The notes under the pieces were generated by a model, which did no database searches, was not told where the DNA came from, and worked only from the letters and a program-made list of their open reading frames with translations. 64,000 nt of DNA from contig JBHGNT010000010.1 in NCBI GenBank assembly GCA_043228905.1, forward strand, positions 4,898,001 to 4,962,000. Direction: 5' to 3'. The position numbers were made by a program, and so were the translations under genes. This stretch comes from Azolla caroliniana. Its lineage: Eukaryota; Plantae; Polypodiophyta. Below, piece after piece: positions 11,446-25,500 of the stretch; positions within the stretch are counted from its first letter, which is position 1; each line of letters opens with the position of its first letter.

Positions 11446-12189
11446 GCATCACCTTCACCGACTACCCCAAATCCAGTTAGAGTTATCTTCACATCTTCAG
11501 ACAACTCAAGCATAACATAAGACCAATGCAGATCTTCATCATCTTAAGTCTCCTTTTAAGGTTGGTGACGGAGTATGGTTGCTTCGTCGTCACATCAAGA
11601 CTACCAAAGCTCGATTATCAGTGCTTAGGTCCTTTTCTCATCACAACACGGAGTAATGATGCAACATTTCTTCTTAATCTTCCAACACACATGCAGATTC
11701 ACCCAGTCTTTCATAGCTCTCTTTTGGAACTGTGTTATACCTCTTCCATTCCTAATCGTGTTGTGCCACCTCTGCCTTCTATTGAACTTGTTGACGGGCC
11801 CAAATATGAGGTAGCATCACCGCTATCCAAACAAACCAAGCCCTACATTGTTAACGCCGACTTCCAATCGTCGTTCTCGAAGGGGAGATAGTGTCGTGAA
11901 TACATAAACATCATGGCTTCACTTGGGCTTGAACCCAAGACCTTGTAATAGGTAATCAAGAACCCAACCATTAAGATAGCCTACGGTCATATAAAATGAC
12001 AAAAGCTACTTTTTATAATATATTGATTATTGTAAATACTTTGGAACATTCTAGAACATTCTAGGTGTAGAACATTATTATTAGAACATTATAGAAATCT
12101 CTAAGATATTCTATAGGAACCTATAAATATAGACATACAATTATTCTCAAACCAATTCGAATCAACACTAGTCTTTAGCTCTCATTACA
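11446..12189 (+). mobile_element. Ty3/gypsy (chromovirus-like) 3' end: degenerate integrase GPY/F region, PPT and 3' LTR (11892-12189)
   Basis: Translates FKVGDGVWL...KLDYQCLGPFLI...LNLPTHMQIHPVFHSSLLE...DGPKYEV. The PPT GAAGGGGAGATAG is followed by an LTR bounded TGTCGTGA...TCATTACA. Confidence 0.8.
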
Positions 12190-12264
12190 TAACTTGTATC
12201 CATTCTTTTTCTCTTTCTATCTTAATACACCCATTCTTCTCTTATCATTTCGTCCTTTTTCTTC

Positions 12265-13880
12265 TCATGTTCTCTTATATCCTTCTTCCATCACTCTATT
12301 TTTTATTCTTGGTTCTGACACCCATGAGATCCTATCATATGCTTTTTCGAAGTTGAGTAGCATTACTGCCAGGTCTACTTCTTGCTCCTCCACCCATGCT
12401 AAGTATTCCCAAAAAGTTATCACATTGTCAAAAATGCTCCGGTTTTCCAGGAAACCAGTTTGTGTTGTATGTATAATGTCCCCTAGTACCATTTTCAATA
12501 TCTTACTTACAACTTTGGTCATTATCTTATAAGCATTGGTGAGAATTGGGAACGGTCGCCAATTATCGAGCGTTGTCAAGTCTTTTCCATCCTTGGGTAT
12601 TAAATAAATCATTCCTCTGCACATTGTTGTGGGCATTAATCCTTCTGCCATTATGTAATGTATTGCATCTTTGCTAGCATGTCATCCTTAATAGATCCCA
12701 ATGTTTGTTGTAAAAGCATATAGGAAGTCCATCAATTCCTACACAACTTTGTTCGTTCATATCCCCAATTGCATCCCACAATTCTTGCATACATATAGGG
12801 GTATTTAGTCGGTCCATCATCTGAGCAGTAACTTTCCTTGGTATCCTATCTATTATATTTCTGAAGGCATCCTAATCAATATGTTCCTCTTTGCATACAT
12901 TTAGTAGTTGAGTATAATAGCTCGTGGCTATTTCAAGAATTTCATCCTCACATGTGGCCATTGTGCTATTTGTCTTTTTTAAACATGAAGGGTGAGTCCC
13001 AAAACCTCTCCATTTGACAACTTCAAAAAAGCATTTAGTAACCCGGTTTCCTACCCTCATCCAGCTTGTTGATTTACTTCAATAGGCATAGGTAATCCTT
13101 AGTTTCTGGTACATATCCAATTCACTTTTGGCCTCCTCTAGTCGGGCCTCAATCCATACATTATGCGGGTATAGTTCTCTTAGTCGTTGCATAGAAGCTA
13201 GTGTCCATTGCATTTTCTCCCTTATCTCTTTTCTAATTTCAATCACTTTCTTTCGAAAAAACCATGCACATTCCTCAAGTTTCTTAGCCAGCTTATGAGT
13301 AGGATCAAGGTACCTCCATTTGATATTAGTCCATATTTTTCGTATATCATCAATCCATTTACTATCCATAACCAATTCCTTGCGCACCTTCACATTATGT
13401 GGCTTGCATTGATTGTTTTCTTGTATATGCAATAGAACTGGTGCATGGTCTAAGGACATTGTTCTAGGACAAATAATGCATTTGCCTTTAATATCAATGA
13501 GTTGAGGGTCCAAATACCATCTGTCAAGCCTGGACATCGTCCTCTCATGCGCACTTCCTCCTACTCTAGAGAAAAGAAGATATTATTCTTTTTGCATTTG
13601 AAATTTAGGTGCATTCCAATAGTCTATCCCATTATATGCTAAACAAAACTTATTCCATGCATACATCTCCACCCCCTGCACCGTGCCATTTGCATTTCCT
13701 CTTCTATCTTCTAGTTGCTCCACCATATTAAAGTCTCCTCCAATGATCCACAACGCTACATCTAGTTTCTTGTCCACTAGTTGCAACCAGAATTCTTTTC
13801 TTTCGGCAGCTGAATTTGGGGCATAAATGTATGCCCAAGTGCCCACATTTGTGTTTTATCCTTGTATAGACATCACAAAC
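12265..13880 (-). mobile_element. Degenerate LINE ORF2 (AP endonuclease plus N-terminal reverse transcriptase)
   Basis: Endonuclease motifs YIYAPN, WIIGGDFN, SRLDRWY, DHAPV and RT motifs LIPK...NWRP..., QTGF, FEKAYDRISW, broken by stops and frameshifts. Confidence 0.88.
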
Positions 13881-16800
13881 CTCTATTAAACTCCCCCTAC
13901 CTGTGCATGCGACAGTAAACTTAGTTTTCATAGCTTTAAGTACTCCCCCATGAATATGTCTATCCCCCATAGTTGTTGACCATTTATTGGTCCAATTCCC
14001 AGGGCAAATGCTTCCAATTTTGTCGATCTTATCCCCATCTTGATGGTCCTCCTTTGTCTGCCCAAAGAATTGTATTGTTAAGGTGAAAATATGAAGGTAA
14101 ACATTGTTGAAGTTTAAAATATATGATTACCCATCATTTTGAAGGTTAAATTTATTACATGTATTTCAAAATATAGCAATTAAGTATAGCAATAGTATTA
14201 GTAGCTTCAAGAGTTAAAGCTAAAATTAATCATTTTCTTATTTATTATCCAAAACAAAAATAGTTTGAGGAAGTTTGAGTAATGGTAATAGATCAAATTA
14301 GTATGAATAATTAAATATGGAAGACGGAGGGAGAGTATGTGTGTGAGAGAGAACGAGGGTGTAAATATAATATATTTAAGTAGTTTCTAGCGTCATCTTT
14401 CTCTTTTCAAGCAGTAGTGCAAACAAAGAGGGAATGTTAACTTAGATATGTTATCGTTAGGCATTGAACCTAGGTGTAAGGGAAATACTTACTTGTATAT
14501 GGCATTGTTAGTTAGGCCTTGAGTGCAAAGACCTTTGTGTAGGCAATCATCAACTTCCATGAATGTGAGTTAACTATAAGAAGTGAATAAGCATTTTTCA
14601 TTTTGATTTCCAATAGTTTAATTTGGTTAGAACATTTAAAAACGAAGAAGAAAAACTCTTTACGTTCTAATTAGGTCACCCCCCACTCTATGTATGTTCA
14701 TGCTTCCTTTTTGCACAACTTTATCTTTGTTATCTTTTTTAGATGAAAGGTGCTTCTAATGTAAGAATAGTGAAAATGAAGGGCACAAATACATTTTATA
14801 TTTAAGCATAAAAAAGGGCATTTGAAGTTGAACATCATGATAAAATTTGTACAAGGCAAATGTGAACATCAATGTATAACCCTCGATTGGAACATGGAAG
14901 GGATGATTTCAACTCAAGGCCAATCATAAGGCAAGGAAAAACACATTTATAATGCAGGATCCATGAATCTTTTCTAATATGGCTCTATATTATACATATC
15001 ACCATCTTATGTTTATAATTGATATGAAGGGCAATAAGTTTACTTTATAATCAACAACTTCATGCTCACAAACTTGATGAAAGGATACGTATAAGCTTGT
15101 TAAGTGAAGTGTTTTCAACAAACAAATATGTGGCATTATATCAATTATGTAGGTTGTAAAATAGTGTTTTAAGATGTGCTTTGAGGTACAACTATCTAGT
15201 CGGTGTCTTTATAAAGGTGGAAAAAAATTTGATGTTGTTCTAACTTTGAACCAAAATTAGAAAGTGCCATGTGATCGTTTCAAGTTCTTTTTAGTGCAGA
15301 TGCAATTTTGTTGGTAGGGATATTGGCGAGAAAAATAAGAATGATTACATATTAAGTTAGTGTGTTTATTGACACCAAAAGTTGTCCAGATGCTTAACAA
15401 ATGATTTTAGATGAATAAACAATGCATTATTGCTAAAGCGCAATGTGGAAGCATTGCATTCATACATCAATAAGAGACTTTGGGTGTCCCCACAAACTCT
15501 TATTTATAGATCCTCCGACATTCTGAAAACTCACATCATCAAATATGATGGTGTAATGGTCAATTTTTTTGCTTTTCGACATAGTCTAGAGCAATGTGTT
15601 TGTTATCATATTTCTAGCTTGAACTCATGCATAGTCCCTGTTTGCTCTTAAAAGTATGATTTTATACATTTGACATTTGGCACGAAACACTTTTTTTAAC
15701 CACATAAATAATGGCTTTGCAATATCAATGTTGAAAATATGTCCGCATAAAAATATGTGCAAGAACATTGCCCTAAAACCATAAGATATTATTTTGAAGT
15801 TGAGATAGCAAAATTTCATCTTCTTCTTCTTCTTCAACTTTCTTTCTAATATTATGAAGATAATGGTTATTGGTAGGTTGTTTGCCTCGATTAGAAAGAG
15901 ATGAAAAACTCATGTGGTTGAGGAATCTATGACATGCATGCAGTATTTGTGTGGCCAGAAGAACATACAAAACTTCCAGAGGAAAAGTTCAAGGATTAGA
16001 GAGAGAACAAAAGCTAAAAGACACAAAAACATTAAAAAGAAAAAACAATTTAAAGGTAGGCACATGTAGTTGGAAGGTTGCTACCGAACCACACAGTTGT
16101 AATGGTACATAGAATAGAAAGAAGAACTATCAGTCATGCAGGGGAAAAGGAAAATTTTAAAAACATGGCCAAAAAAGAGAGGAAAGAAAGCTTAATGAGG
16201 GGGACATTTTACCAACACACTAGCTTTTTAGACCATAAATTTATGCATTTATGATTATTTTTACAAGCAAAGGGAACATTAAGGCTAGTCAATTATCTAG
16301 AAAGGCAAGTGACTTGTTTAGTTTATCAAATAAAGACAACTGTTTTGGTTCCTTTTGTTAAGAGAGGCGAACATCTTTTGTCATCCTCTAATATAACTAG
16401 AAATGGATCAAGAAAGCTTAACTACTTGCTTCCTTCTATTAAGTTCCATGCATTATTATTATGTTGATTCATTTTAGAGAAACTCCTGCCATACAATAAT
16501 AAGTTTCCATCATCAGTTCATGATCACCACTCCGCTAACTTCAATTGAATATGACAATAAACTTACAAAATATAGATGTATTCATTAAGGTAATGAGGAA
16601 AGGTGAGGAAACCTAGGATTCTTACTGAGCATGAAATCGAGATAGTGTGCATTTATCGTTACTAATTAATTAAATCTCGTGAAGAAGCCAAACGTGACTT
16701 GTGTGTACATCTTCCGGAAAGGCGACAAATGGAACCAAATCTTTGCACACTTTGTTGATTCCAATACAAATGTCTCAACTCTTCACCTACCCGTGCTCGA

Positions 16801-19800
16801 TCACAATGCATGGCAATCATCAATTTGCCAACGTGAACTTCGAAAATTCTCTTAGTGCTTACCATAAAATATCATCTCGACATTTTGAGAAGATCTAGGT
16901 GTCCTTACTAGTAAAAGAATATACTATACCCTCTTAATCGATGCACAAAGCAATGACACATTACGGGAATATGGCATAGAGGTTTCTATGATAGCATTTA
17001 TTAAGTATAAATATCTTAGCTTCTAACTATCCATCAAATACCATGTAGGATTAGGATAGATGGACCTTGAAATAAACAACGATTTATGATGAGATAAACT
17101 TTAAAGAAACTTGCACGAACATATTATGAAGTTATTACATTCGTTCTTCGAAGAAAATCCAACACCAAACTAAAAAACTTGAGAAAAAAAACAAAGATCA
17201 CACATTACACGAAGGAAATTCTTAAGATATGATGCAAACACCTTGAAACAAATGACGATGTATTAATCATGGAGATGGATCCTTTTTCTTCCCAAGATGA
17301 TCCATTAAAACAATGCACCATAACTTGTGGATGCATCCTCTAAATATTCTTCTAATTTTCCAATCTCTCAAGAGCTATTTTTACATAATCTAAAATATAA
17401 TCAATCTTTAAATATTGTTAACATAAAGAATGAGGCAAACAATAGATTCCAAGCAACAAATACGAAAAAAACCATAGGCCTTAGTTTGGACAATACATGC
17501 TTTATGGATGGATGAGTAAAAATCAAAGTTTTAACTAGTGTTCATCAATTAGTATCCAAATTATTGCTTGAAGATTAAAATCCTTGTGGAAATCAAAATT
17601 ATGTGCATGGAATGGGGTTCATACCCATGAACCTAGGGGATTGAACCTTTGATTGGGTGACAAAAAGGAGCATGTCTTCAAAGTTTGAAGCTACATCGAC
17701 CAACTATATAGCTCTTGTGCACACTCCTCATACTAGGGAGCATAGTTCAAAGTTCTACAACATCAATGTTCAACAAGGAGGTAAATGACATGTGAGGTTA
17801 AACCAGTGACCAAAGAGATGATGCATAACCTTTAGTATATTCATATAACTAAGAAACAATAGGCCATGCCATGTTCTTCTCATAGTCTGTGCTCCACTAA
17901 AGGCTAAATGAGGAAGTGAACCAAGTGGGACACTCCAACTGTGAATTTCCAAGAAAAATAAGGCAAGCTCGTCTCGATGCTAGAATCAGTAGCATGTATG
18001 AAGGGGAGGAGGGACGGTGAGTGATTATATAAAAATACAGAACTAGTTACCTTTCAATTTGCCAATTTTAACTTTACATATTCAATAAAAATTAATTTAA
18101 TAGCTTGTCGAAATCTTATTTTTAAGTTATTCTACCAAAATAATACTTGTCGGTGGAGATCTCCTAACTTTTTTTGATTGGCAATTGTTTATGTCCTTGG
18201 CCAACTTGACACGTTGGTGGTACATCATTCATTACTTAAAAAAAATTGGTGACATCTATCCAAGTCCATAACATGAAGAGGTCTGTCGCTACGCCATTTA
18301 CTAACTTTACTCATGCATTGGTTTCCACTTACCCTTTTTACATTGGATTATTGCATGCATTTAGCTCCTACACATATACAGTCGCTCACACTCATACATG
18401 CTCATTTTCATCAAAAGTTTATTTAGGGGCTTTGTTTGAAACATATGTGCTTAAAAGCATATCAATAAGGTGTGTGCATCATAGATATTTGACTTGGATA
18501 GCTTGGATAACTAAATCTTGCATGAAATGAGGTGCTATTTCATGAACTTTCATGAAATGGAGATGATTTGCCTATTTGACACTAGGGTCTCTAACATGGC
18601 ATGACCAACGCAACGTTATTGCTCTCAAACCATCATGAATGTCTCTTAATACATTGTTCCGCACATACAAAACGGACGTCTGTAAAAGAGGGCATACTTA
18701 GAACACAAATATTAAAGAACAAGATTTTATGTTGGTACCTTTTCTAACAAAATAGAGAGCTATAAGTTCTCCCAATAAAAGGTCCTTAAAATTAGGGTTT
18801 GCATCCTATAATTACCATATATAACTATATTAGTAACATCTTATGAATCTAAAATAATAACATTCTTTGGGGGGGGAAATTGTTCTCCATCATATTAAGT
18901 TTTAACTCTTATAGTGTCATTTTGGATTGGTTATGGCACATGTCTCACTAGTGATCACCTCCAGTCTAATCGTAAGTATCACTCATTGCCTATTTGAGTG
19001 ACAAGGTGTCACTCATTTGAAATGTGTATTTATCATATGTTCAAATGATTTATCTCTAGACAATCTTATACTTCTCCATTCATGTTACCGTCTTTTGGTT
19101 ATTCAAGAGCTCTCAATCAACCATATGGGTGTTTTATTTCTATGCTTTTAAAACATTGGGTGTTATATTCTTGTTAGGTCTAAAGTGCACCAATCAAGTT
19201 GATGTGCACGCTAGGTAATGTGCCCCTACGTGCTATAAACGTATCATAACGTAACAAAAAGTCTCAAATGTATATGATGGATACATTTTCTGTGTGTAAT
19301 TTGCTAGTTAAAGTGATACATATCGTCCTCCCTTTAGATTGAGTAATAAAGAAGTAATATATTCCTCTCAAAGCAACAATTTGGAAACCTTTTATTACCT
19401 ATGGGCTATAGGCGTTAGATACGTGAACGATGGCCAGAAACAAATATAGGGCATATTTTTGTAAGTAATGTGTAAGGTAAAGTGATACATATCATTCCCC
19501 CTTTGAAATGGCATGTAGAGAAGCAATAATCTATATCTTTCTCTCCATGTGATTCAAAGAGAGGTAAGGAATCACTCTCCTCTACACCTATCATGGCCTT
19601 GAAATTGCGAATGGAGCATGAACTAGCCTAAAAGCAAAGCATAAAAATTTGGCCTAGGTTCAAACAACTAACTATATGAGAATGTGTAAATTCTTATTTT
19701 GTTTTGCATTTGATTTTTCTTTTTTTAGCATTAGCTTGGATGAAAAGTTTTCCAACTTCACGATTGCATCTAGTGATCTTATGCCACCGCAACTCTCTTT

Positions 19801-20726
19801 TTCACTTAGAGAGTAGGAGTGAACCAATTCTAATCATACCCTTTCCCATCTCTCTCTATTTCGACACAATACATTTGGGAGATAGTAAGGTTTCGTAAAT
19901 GGCAAGGGGAATTCAGTTTCTTGATTTTCTCAATACATAACCCAATCAGTTGACTTTATATCGTACAAACACATCATGATTTTCATGCTTAAATGTTCTT
20001 GATTTGATTTCATAATCATGATTCGCAACAATGGGAACCCCCCCCACCCAAAATTATAGAAAATTACATTGGAGAATTATATGTATAAGATTGGTGATAC
20101 CATTACATATTTGTATACACAATGAGAAAGAAACATATTATTATTTAGTATGGTTTTAGTGAGCTAGTAATTGGAGTTCAAGTCAAATTTCGTAGAATAA
20201 CAATGAAAGATGGGTATTATCGACATTTACAAGATCAAAAGTGATCCATGAGAGGAAGGGAAAGGAATTATGACAAAACTCAAGGCTCTACATGCGTTTT
20301 GAAAAGCATAATGGGAACAAATTAACTTGTGCAATTTTCCTAAACACACGTGGCATACATACAAGGAGGTCGTTGTGGTATGAAACCAAAACAAAATAAC
20401 ACAGCTAAGCTAGGCACCACTCCTTTTCCTCTTTCTTTTCTCAAATCACATCACAGGGCCCCCTAAAGCATTATGTATGCTTCTCCCACTCTCTCATAAT
20501 GTTGGCCCTCTGGAGCGACCATCTCTCTTGGGTCCCTATCCCTTGACAATAATTTGTCCCACGTCCCTTTCCCTTTCCCTTTCCCTTGATGTGGGCATTC
20601 CTCCTATCTCTCAAGTTTGGCCTCCTTTTACATCAAGAGAATGGTCTTCTTAACATTCTTTCTAGTTAAGCACAAAAATATCACACATATGCAATACGTG
20701 TTTTCATGGTCGAAAAGTTTATATAT

Positions 20727-20729
<3 letters not shown>

Positions 20730-20774
<45 letters not shown>
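20730..20774. repeat. (TC)n microsatellite
   Basis: Direct reading of the sequence. Confidence 0.95.
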
Positions 20775-21440
20775 GTAGTTACCAACACCACTCCGATGTA
20801 CTCTTAGCATCATAAGAGTAACACTCTTTTACTCTCCTCATGAGCTTGCACTCTCTCTCATTGATGATGATATCTTACTCCCTTTTTTTCATTTGTTTTG
20901 TTTTCATTTCTAAAAGAATACTATTGTAGTATTGTCTATTTATTACACTTTCTTTAGAATTCCTTTCTCTAGGCGTTGTCTGTCTGTCTCTCTCTTTTGT
21001 CTAAAACATCTACCGACAATGGTCTAAAGTTTAAACAATACTCACACATGCACGCACACACACATGTATACATACAAACATACATACCGACATACATACA
21101 TACATACATACATACATACACACAATACACACACAGACACACATACATACATGCATCCAAAGCGAACTAGTCAAAGGCATTCATCCATTTTCTCTACAAA
21201 GGAAACTTACTTTTTTCCCATGAAATGAGTTTACAAATATGCTTTAACTAAATAAAGACAATGTTTCCACTCACTCTCAAGCTTTCTCTTTGTCCTTTAT
21301 GGTAATTCGATTAACTTGGTAGGAAAGTCATCTATGCTACCAACACAAGGTCAAGGGTTCAAATTCTTACATATTACTTCTCGCAAATTGTATAGCCATG
21401 AATTAACGAGCTCACCATGTCCTAAAGAAATGAGCTCTTC

Positions 21441-21667
21441 AACCACCACTTCTTTGTAAGCTACATGCTACATTGGGAAGGAAAGGGTAGGATCTTACGA
21501 GAAAACCTTACATATTAACCACCACTTCTTTGTAAGCTACATGCTACATTGGGAGGAAATGGCAGGATCTTATGCGGAAACCTTACATATTAACCTTCAC
21601 TTCTTTGTAAGCTACATTCTACATTGGGAAGGAAATGACACGATCTTACGAGAAAACCTTAAATATT
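21441..21667. repeat. Tandem repeat, 3 copies of about 76 bp, upstream of CSLA
   Basis: The unit AACCACCACTTCTTTGTAAGCTACATGCTACATTGGGAAGGAAA...GATCTTACGAGAAAACCTTACATATT occurs three times with few substitutions. Confidence 0.92.
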
Positions 21668-22596
21668 TCAACACATTTGTTGTTAAATCACGAGAATATC
21701 GCTTCTCGTAAAACAAACGACATGCCACATCGATGTATAGAACTATTCGATCGATTGCAGCATGATCTCTTTCGGCAAGCAAAGACATCATTATAATATC
21801 ACTTCTCGTAAATGACATGCCGCATAAGGTGTATTGAACTATCGACAAAAGAGGGAGGGGTGCGGGTCACCTCTCTAGTTGATTCTACTATGGAAGGCAA
21901 TGGGTCCCATTTGCTTGATTCCACAATCTCAACTATGGCCCCATTGGCACTATTACACACACACACACACACACTCTCTCTCTCTCTCTCTCTCTCTACC
22001 TCTCTCTCTACCTCTCTCTCTCTACCTCGCCCCTGTCTCTGTCTATCTCTTTCTTTATGGGTGAATATGATATCTTTTTCTCATTTGTTAAAAGAGCTCT
22101 CCCTCTCTCTCTCTCTCTCCACCATATACATACCATCTTAATGTATGATGATGATCATCATCACCATGTATGCCTCTTTCAATTAAGCTACAAAAAAAAA
22201 AAAACACTTCATTCATCCCATTCCTTCCTCTTCCCTTCTCATCTCTAACTATAATGCAGCTCAAATAATCACCCCAAATTAATCATCATTATTCATCATT
22301 CATCACATCATTAGCCATAATCACTCAACCCCTAATCCATCCATCCATCATGAGCTAATTGCTTGCTTAGTGCTAAGTGATTGAATTAGCAGTCACATTA
22401 TCCAGCCGCGCGGACTACAACTCGAGGAGCATTGGTTCAGCCCACAAGATTGCCATCCAATCTACCCCTGATTTAGATAATCTAGCCTGTATTGGATCGA
22501 CTTCCGTTGTCGGCCCCCGGGTACTGGAGCATTAAAAATCCCCTCCCATTATCCCCCCCCCCCCCCCCCCAAAGAGAGCCCCCATTTATCCATCCG

Positions 22597-25500
22597 ATGG
22601 GTCGCCTAAGCTCCGACTTGATGGTCACGCAATCGGATGCCGAGAGCGGGGCATTCGGGCAACTCGTGGACTTCTGGTTCCAGATCCGCGCGCCCATTGT
22701 GGCGCCCATCGTCCAGCTCGCCGTCAACCTTTGCCTAGTCATGGTGGTCATGATGTTCGTGGAGCGCGTGTACATGTGTGTCGTCATCGTGCTCGTCAAG
22801 CTCGTCCGAGCCAAGCCCGAGAAACGGTACAAGTTCGAAGCCATCAAGGACGATGCGGAGCTCGCAAACTCCGCGTACCCCAAGGTCTTGGTCCAAATCC
22901 CAATGTACAATGAGAGGGAGGTATGCACCCTATTGCCTAGGCCTCAAGTGTGAGACTTCAATCAAAAAATGCATCTTAATTGTGACACTCTTATATCCAA
23001 CTATAGGCATTGATGATGTTCACACTTGGGTATATTTTGGTTTCGTCCATGGGATGATTTTTGACAGGTGTATCAACTGTCCATTGGAGCGGCATGTGGG
23101 CTCTCTTGGCCTTCCGATAGGATCATAGTGCAAGTCCTCGATGATTCTACCGATATAACCATCAAGGTTGGTAGTAATTACCACCTTTGTAGTTGTTGCG
23201 ATCAGAGCCGGCATTGCCGGCATTTCCTCATTCACATGAAGATTTATGCATTTTGTAACCCACAAGTAGTTTACTAAATGCATGCTTAGTCGTCGCCTAT
23301 AATGCCTCATAGTATTAGATACTTGAGCCAATGTGTGAAAATGTTCATGACTTCATATGATTGCAATTTCTTGGGATCTAAGATGGTTTGCCTACAATAC
23401 CAATCTACTTGCTAATGTTTATAACTAATATATGTTCCATAGGAGTTGGTCCAAATGGAGTGTCAAAGATGGGCGAGCAAGGGTGTGAATATCAAGTATG
23501 AGGTGAGAGATAACAGGAATGGGTACAAGGCCGGTGCCCTCAAGGAAGGGATGAAACATAGCTATGTTAGAGAGTGTGATTATGTTGCAATCTTTGATGC
23601 CGATTTCCAACCGGATCCCGAATTCTTGTGGAGGACAGTGCCCTTTCTCATGTACAACCCAGAGTTGGCCCTTGTGCAAGCTAGGTGGAAGTTTGGTGAG
23701 TTTCTCTTTAATGTTAACTTCGTAAAAAAGGCTTAGGTTCTCTTTCGTCTCAATTCGTGTAAAGGCCCTTTTTAGTAATGCATTCCGACGAAGGAACTTT
23801 GCACATAGCACTTTTTGAGCATAGTAATAATGCATTATGAAGGAACAACTCATATATCTTTGCTTTTTGAGCACTACTCTTTGTGGGTGAAAACAATAGT
23901 GTGTGCCCTACATCACACACACATCCCCCTAGCAAATAGTAGAATTTCTCTCTTTATCTCTCTCTATCTTTTTACACTTTGTCTCTCTTCTCACTACATC
24001 ATAAATATAGCCAATGAGGCCACATGGAACAGGAGCTTTTGGGCATGTGGAAGGTTTTTGTATCCTGTGGTACTGTCCTAGGGGGTTAAGAATAATTAAA
24101 CAAGTTGCGAAGAGAAAATGTGTGTCAAGCTTTTTCTATGGAGGTATACATTCCATTTCCTTATGGGGGGGGGGGGGGGGGGTAGGATTAAAATGAGAAG
24201 TGAAAAACATTGGCTCTTATGCAATTTTAGCTGTAGCGTGTGAGTCAAATAGTGTGAAAGTCAAACAAAAAGTCTTTCAAAGTTGGAGCAAGCTAGAAGT
24301 CCAACACCCTAAAAGCAACCTCTAAATGTGGAGGTGGTCGTAATATTTTTGCAATAGGTAGTTAAGTCTTTGTAAAGATCAATAAGTAAAAAGGCTTATC
24401 ATATACATATGTAGAGATAATTATTTTGTGCATTAAATGAGAACAAATCATGTGCAAAGAGAGAAGTGAGAGTAAATATTCATTCATCCATTCATTAAAT
24501 ATACACCTTGCATGGAGAGCCATGCATTGAATGGAAACAGTGCCCATCTTTTTTTTCTTCTAATAATTGTTGTATGTGTTTGCCTTTATTTTCTTGACCT
24601 TTTCATTAATGTATGTATGTAACATGTATCTCTAGGTTCTTTGTTTTTGTTGTGTTCTGTCTATGCCAAATTTAGGTGTCAGATATAGGAGAGGGGCATT
24701 TATGGGTTTCACTCACTTTTATGCAAAATTACTAAAAGCTATACAAAAAAAGGAAGGAAAGATAGTGAAATTTTTTTTTTCTCTCCGATTATTAACTTGC
24801 CTTTATCTTGTTAATTGTTGTTTGTGGGCAGTGAATTCTGATGAGTGCTTGATGACAAGAATGCAAGAGATGTCTCTACACTACCACTTCTCCGTGGAAC
24901 AAGAAGTGGGATCTTCTACACATGCCTTCTTTGGATTCAATGGTATTTAAGTCAAATCCTTTTTTAGATTCATGAATGTTGCCAGCCATGGTTATGATGG
25001 AGAGAAAGGGGACTGGATTGCACATGCTAAGCCCACAAAGAAATGTTTGTGTAGGAACGGCTGGAGTGTGGCGTATTAGTGCGATGAATGAAGCAGGAGG
25101 TTGGAAGGATAGAACCACCGTGGAGGACATGGACCTTGCTGTCCGGGCAGGTTTGAAAGGATGGAAATTCGTTTACCTCAATGACCTCGGGGTTGGTTAT
25201 GCATACCTCTTCTCACACACATTCTCTAGTTTCGGTTTTAGGTTTATGATTTTCTAACCATTTGCTTTGTTCCATTATCTGTCTTTTTTATGGTTCTAAA
25301 GGTCAAGAATGAGCTCCCTAGTACATTTAAGGCCTTCCGTTACCAACAACATCGATGGTCTTGTGGCCCTGCTAGTCTCTTTCGGAAAATCCTACCCGAC
25401 ATCATTGCAAATAAGGTGAACTTCCCCTTTATATAAATGTGAGATGCCCTAGGTTTATTTCTATACCATAGTGAGATTTATGTTCACACATGAAACTATG

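Noticed and set aside
15200-17960. Short ORFs that might be DNA-transposon or LINE remnants
   Set aside because: No motif could be identified with confidence; too decayed to call.
21441-21667. CRISPR-like array
   Set aside because: The repeats are head-to-tail with no unique spacers, there are no cas genes, and the context is eukaryotic.
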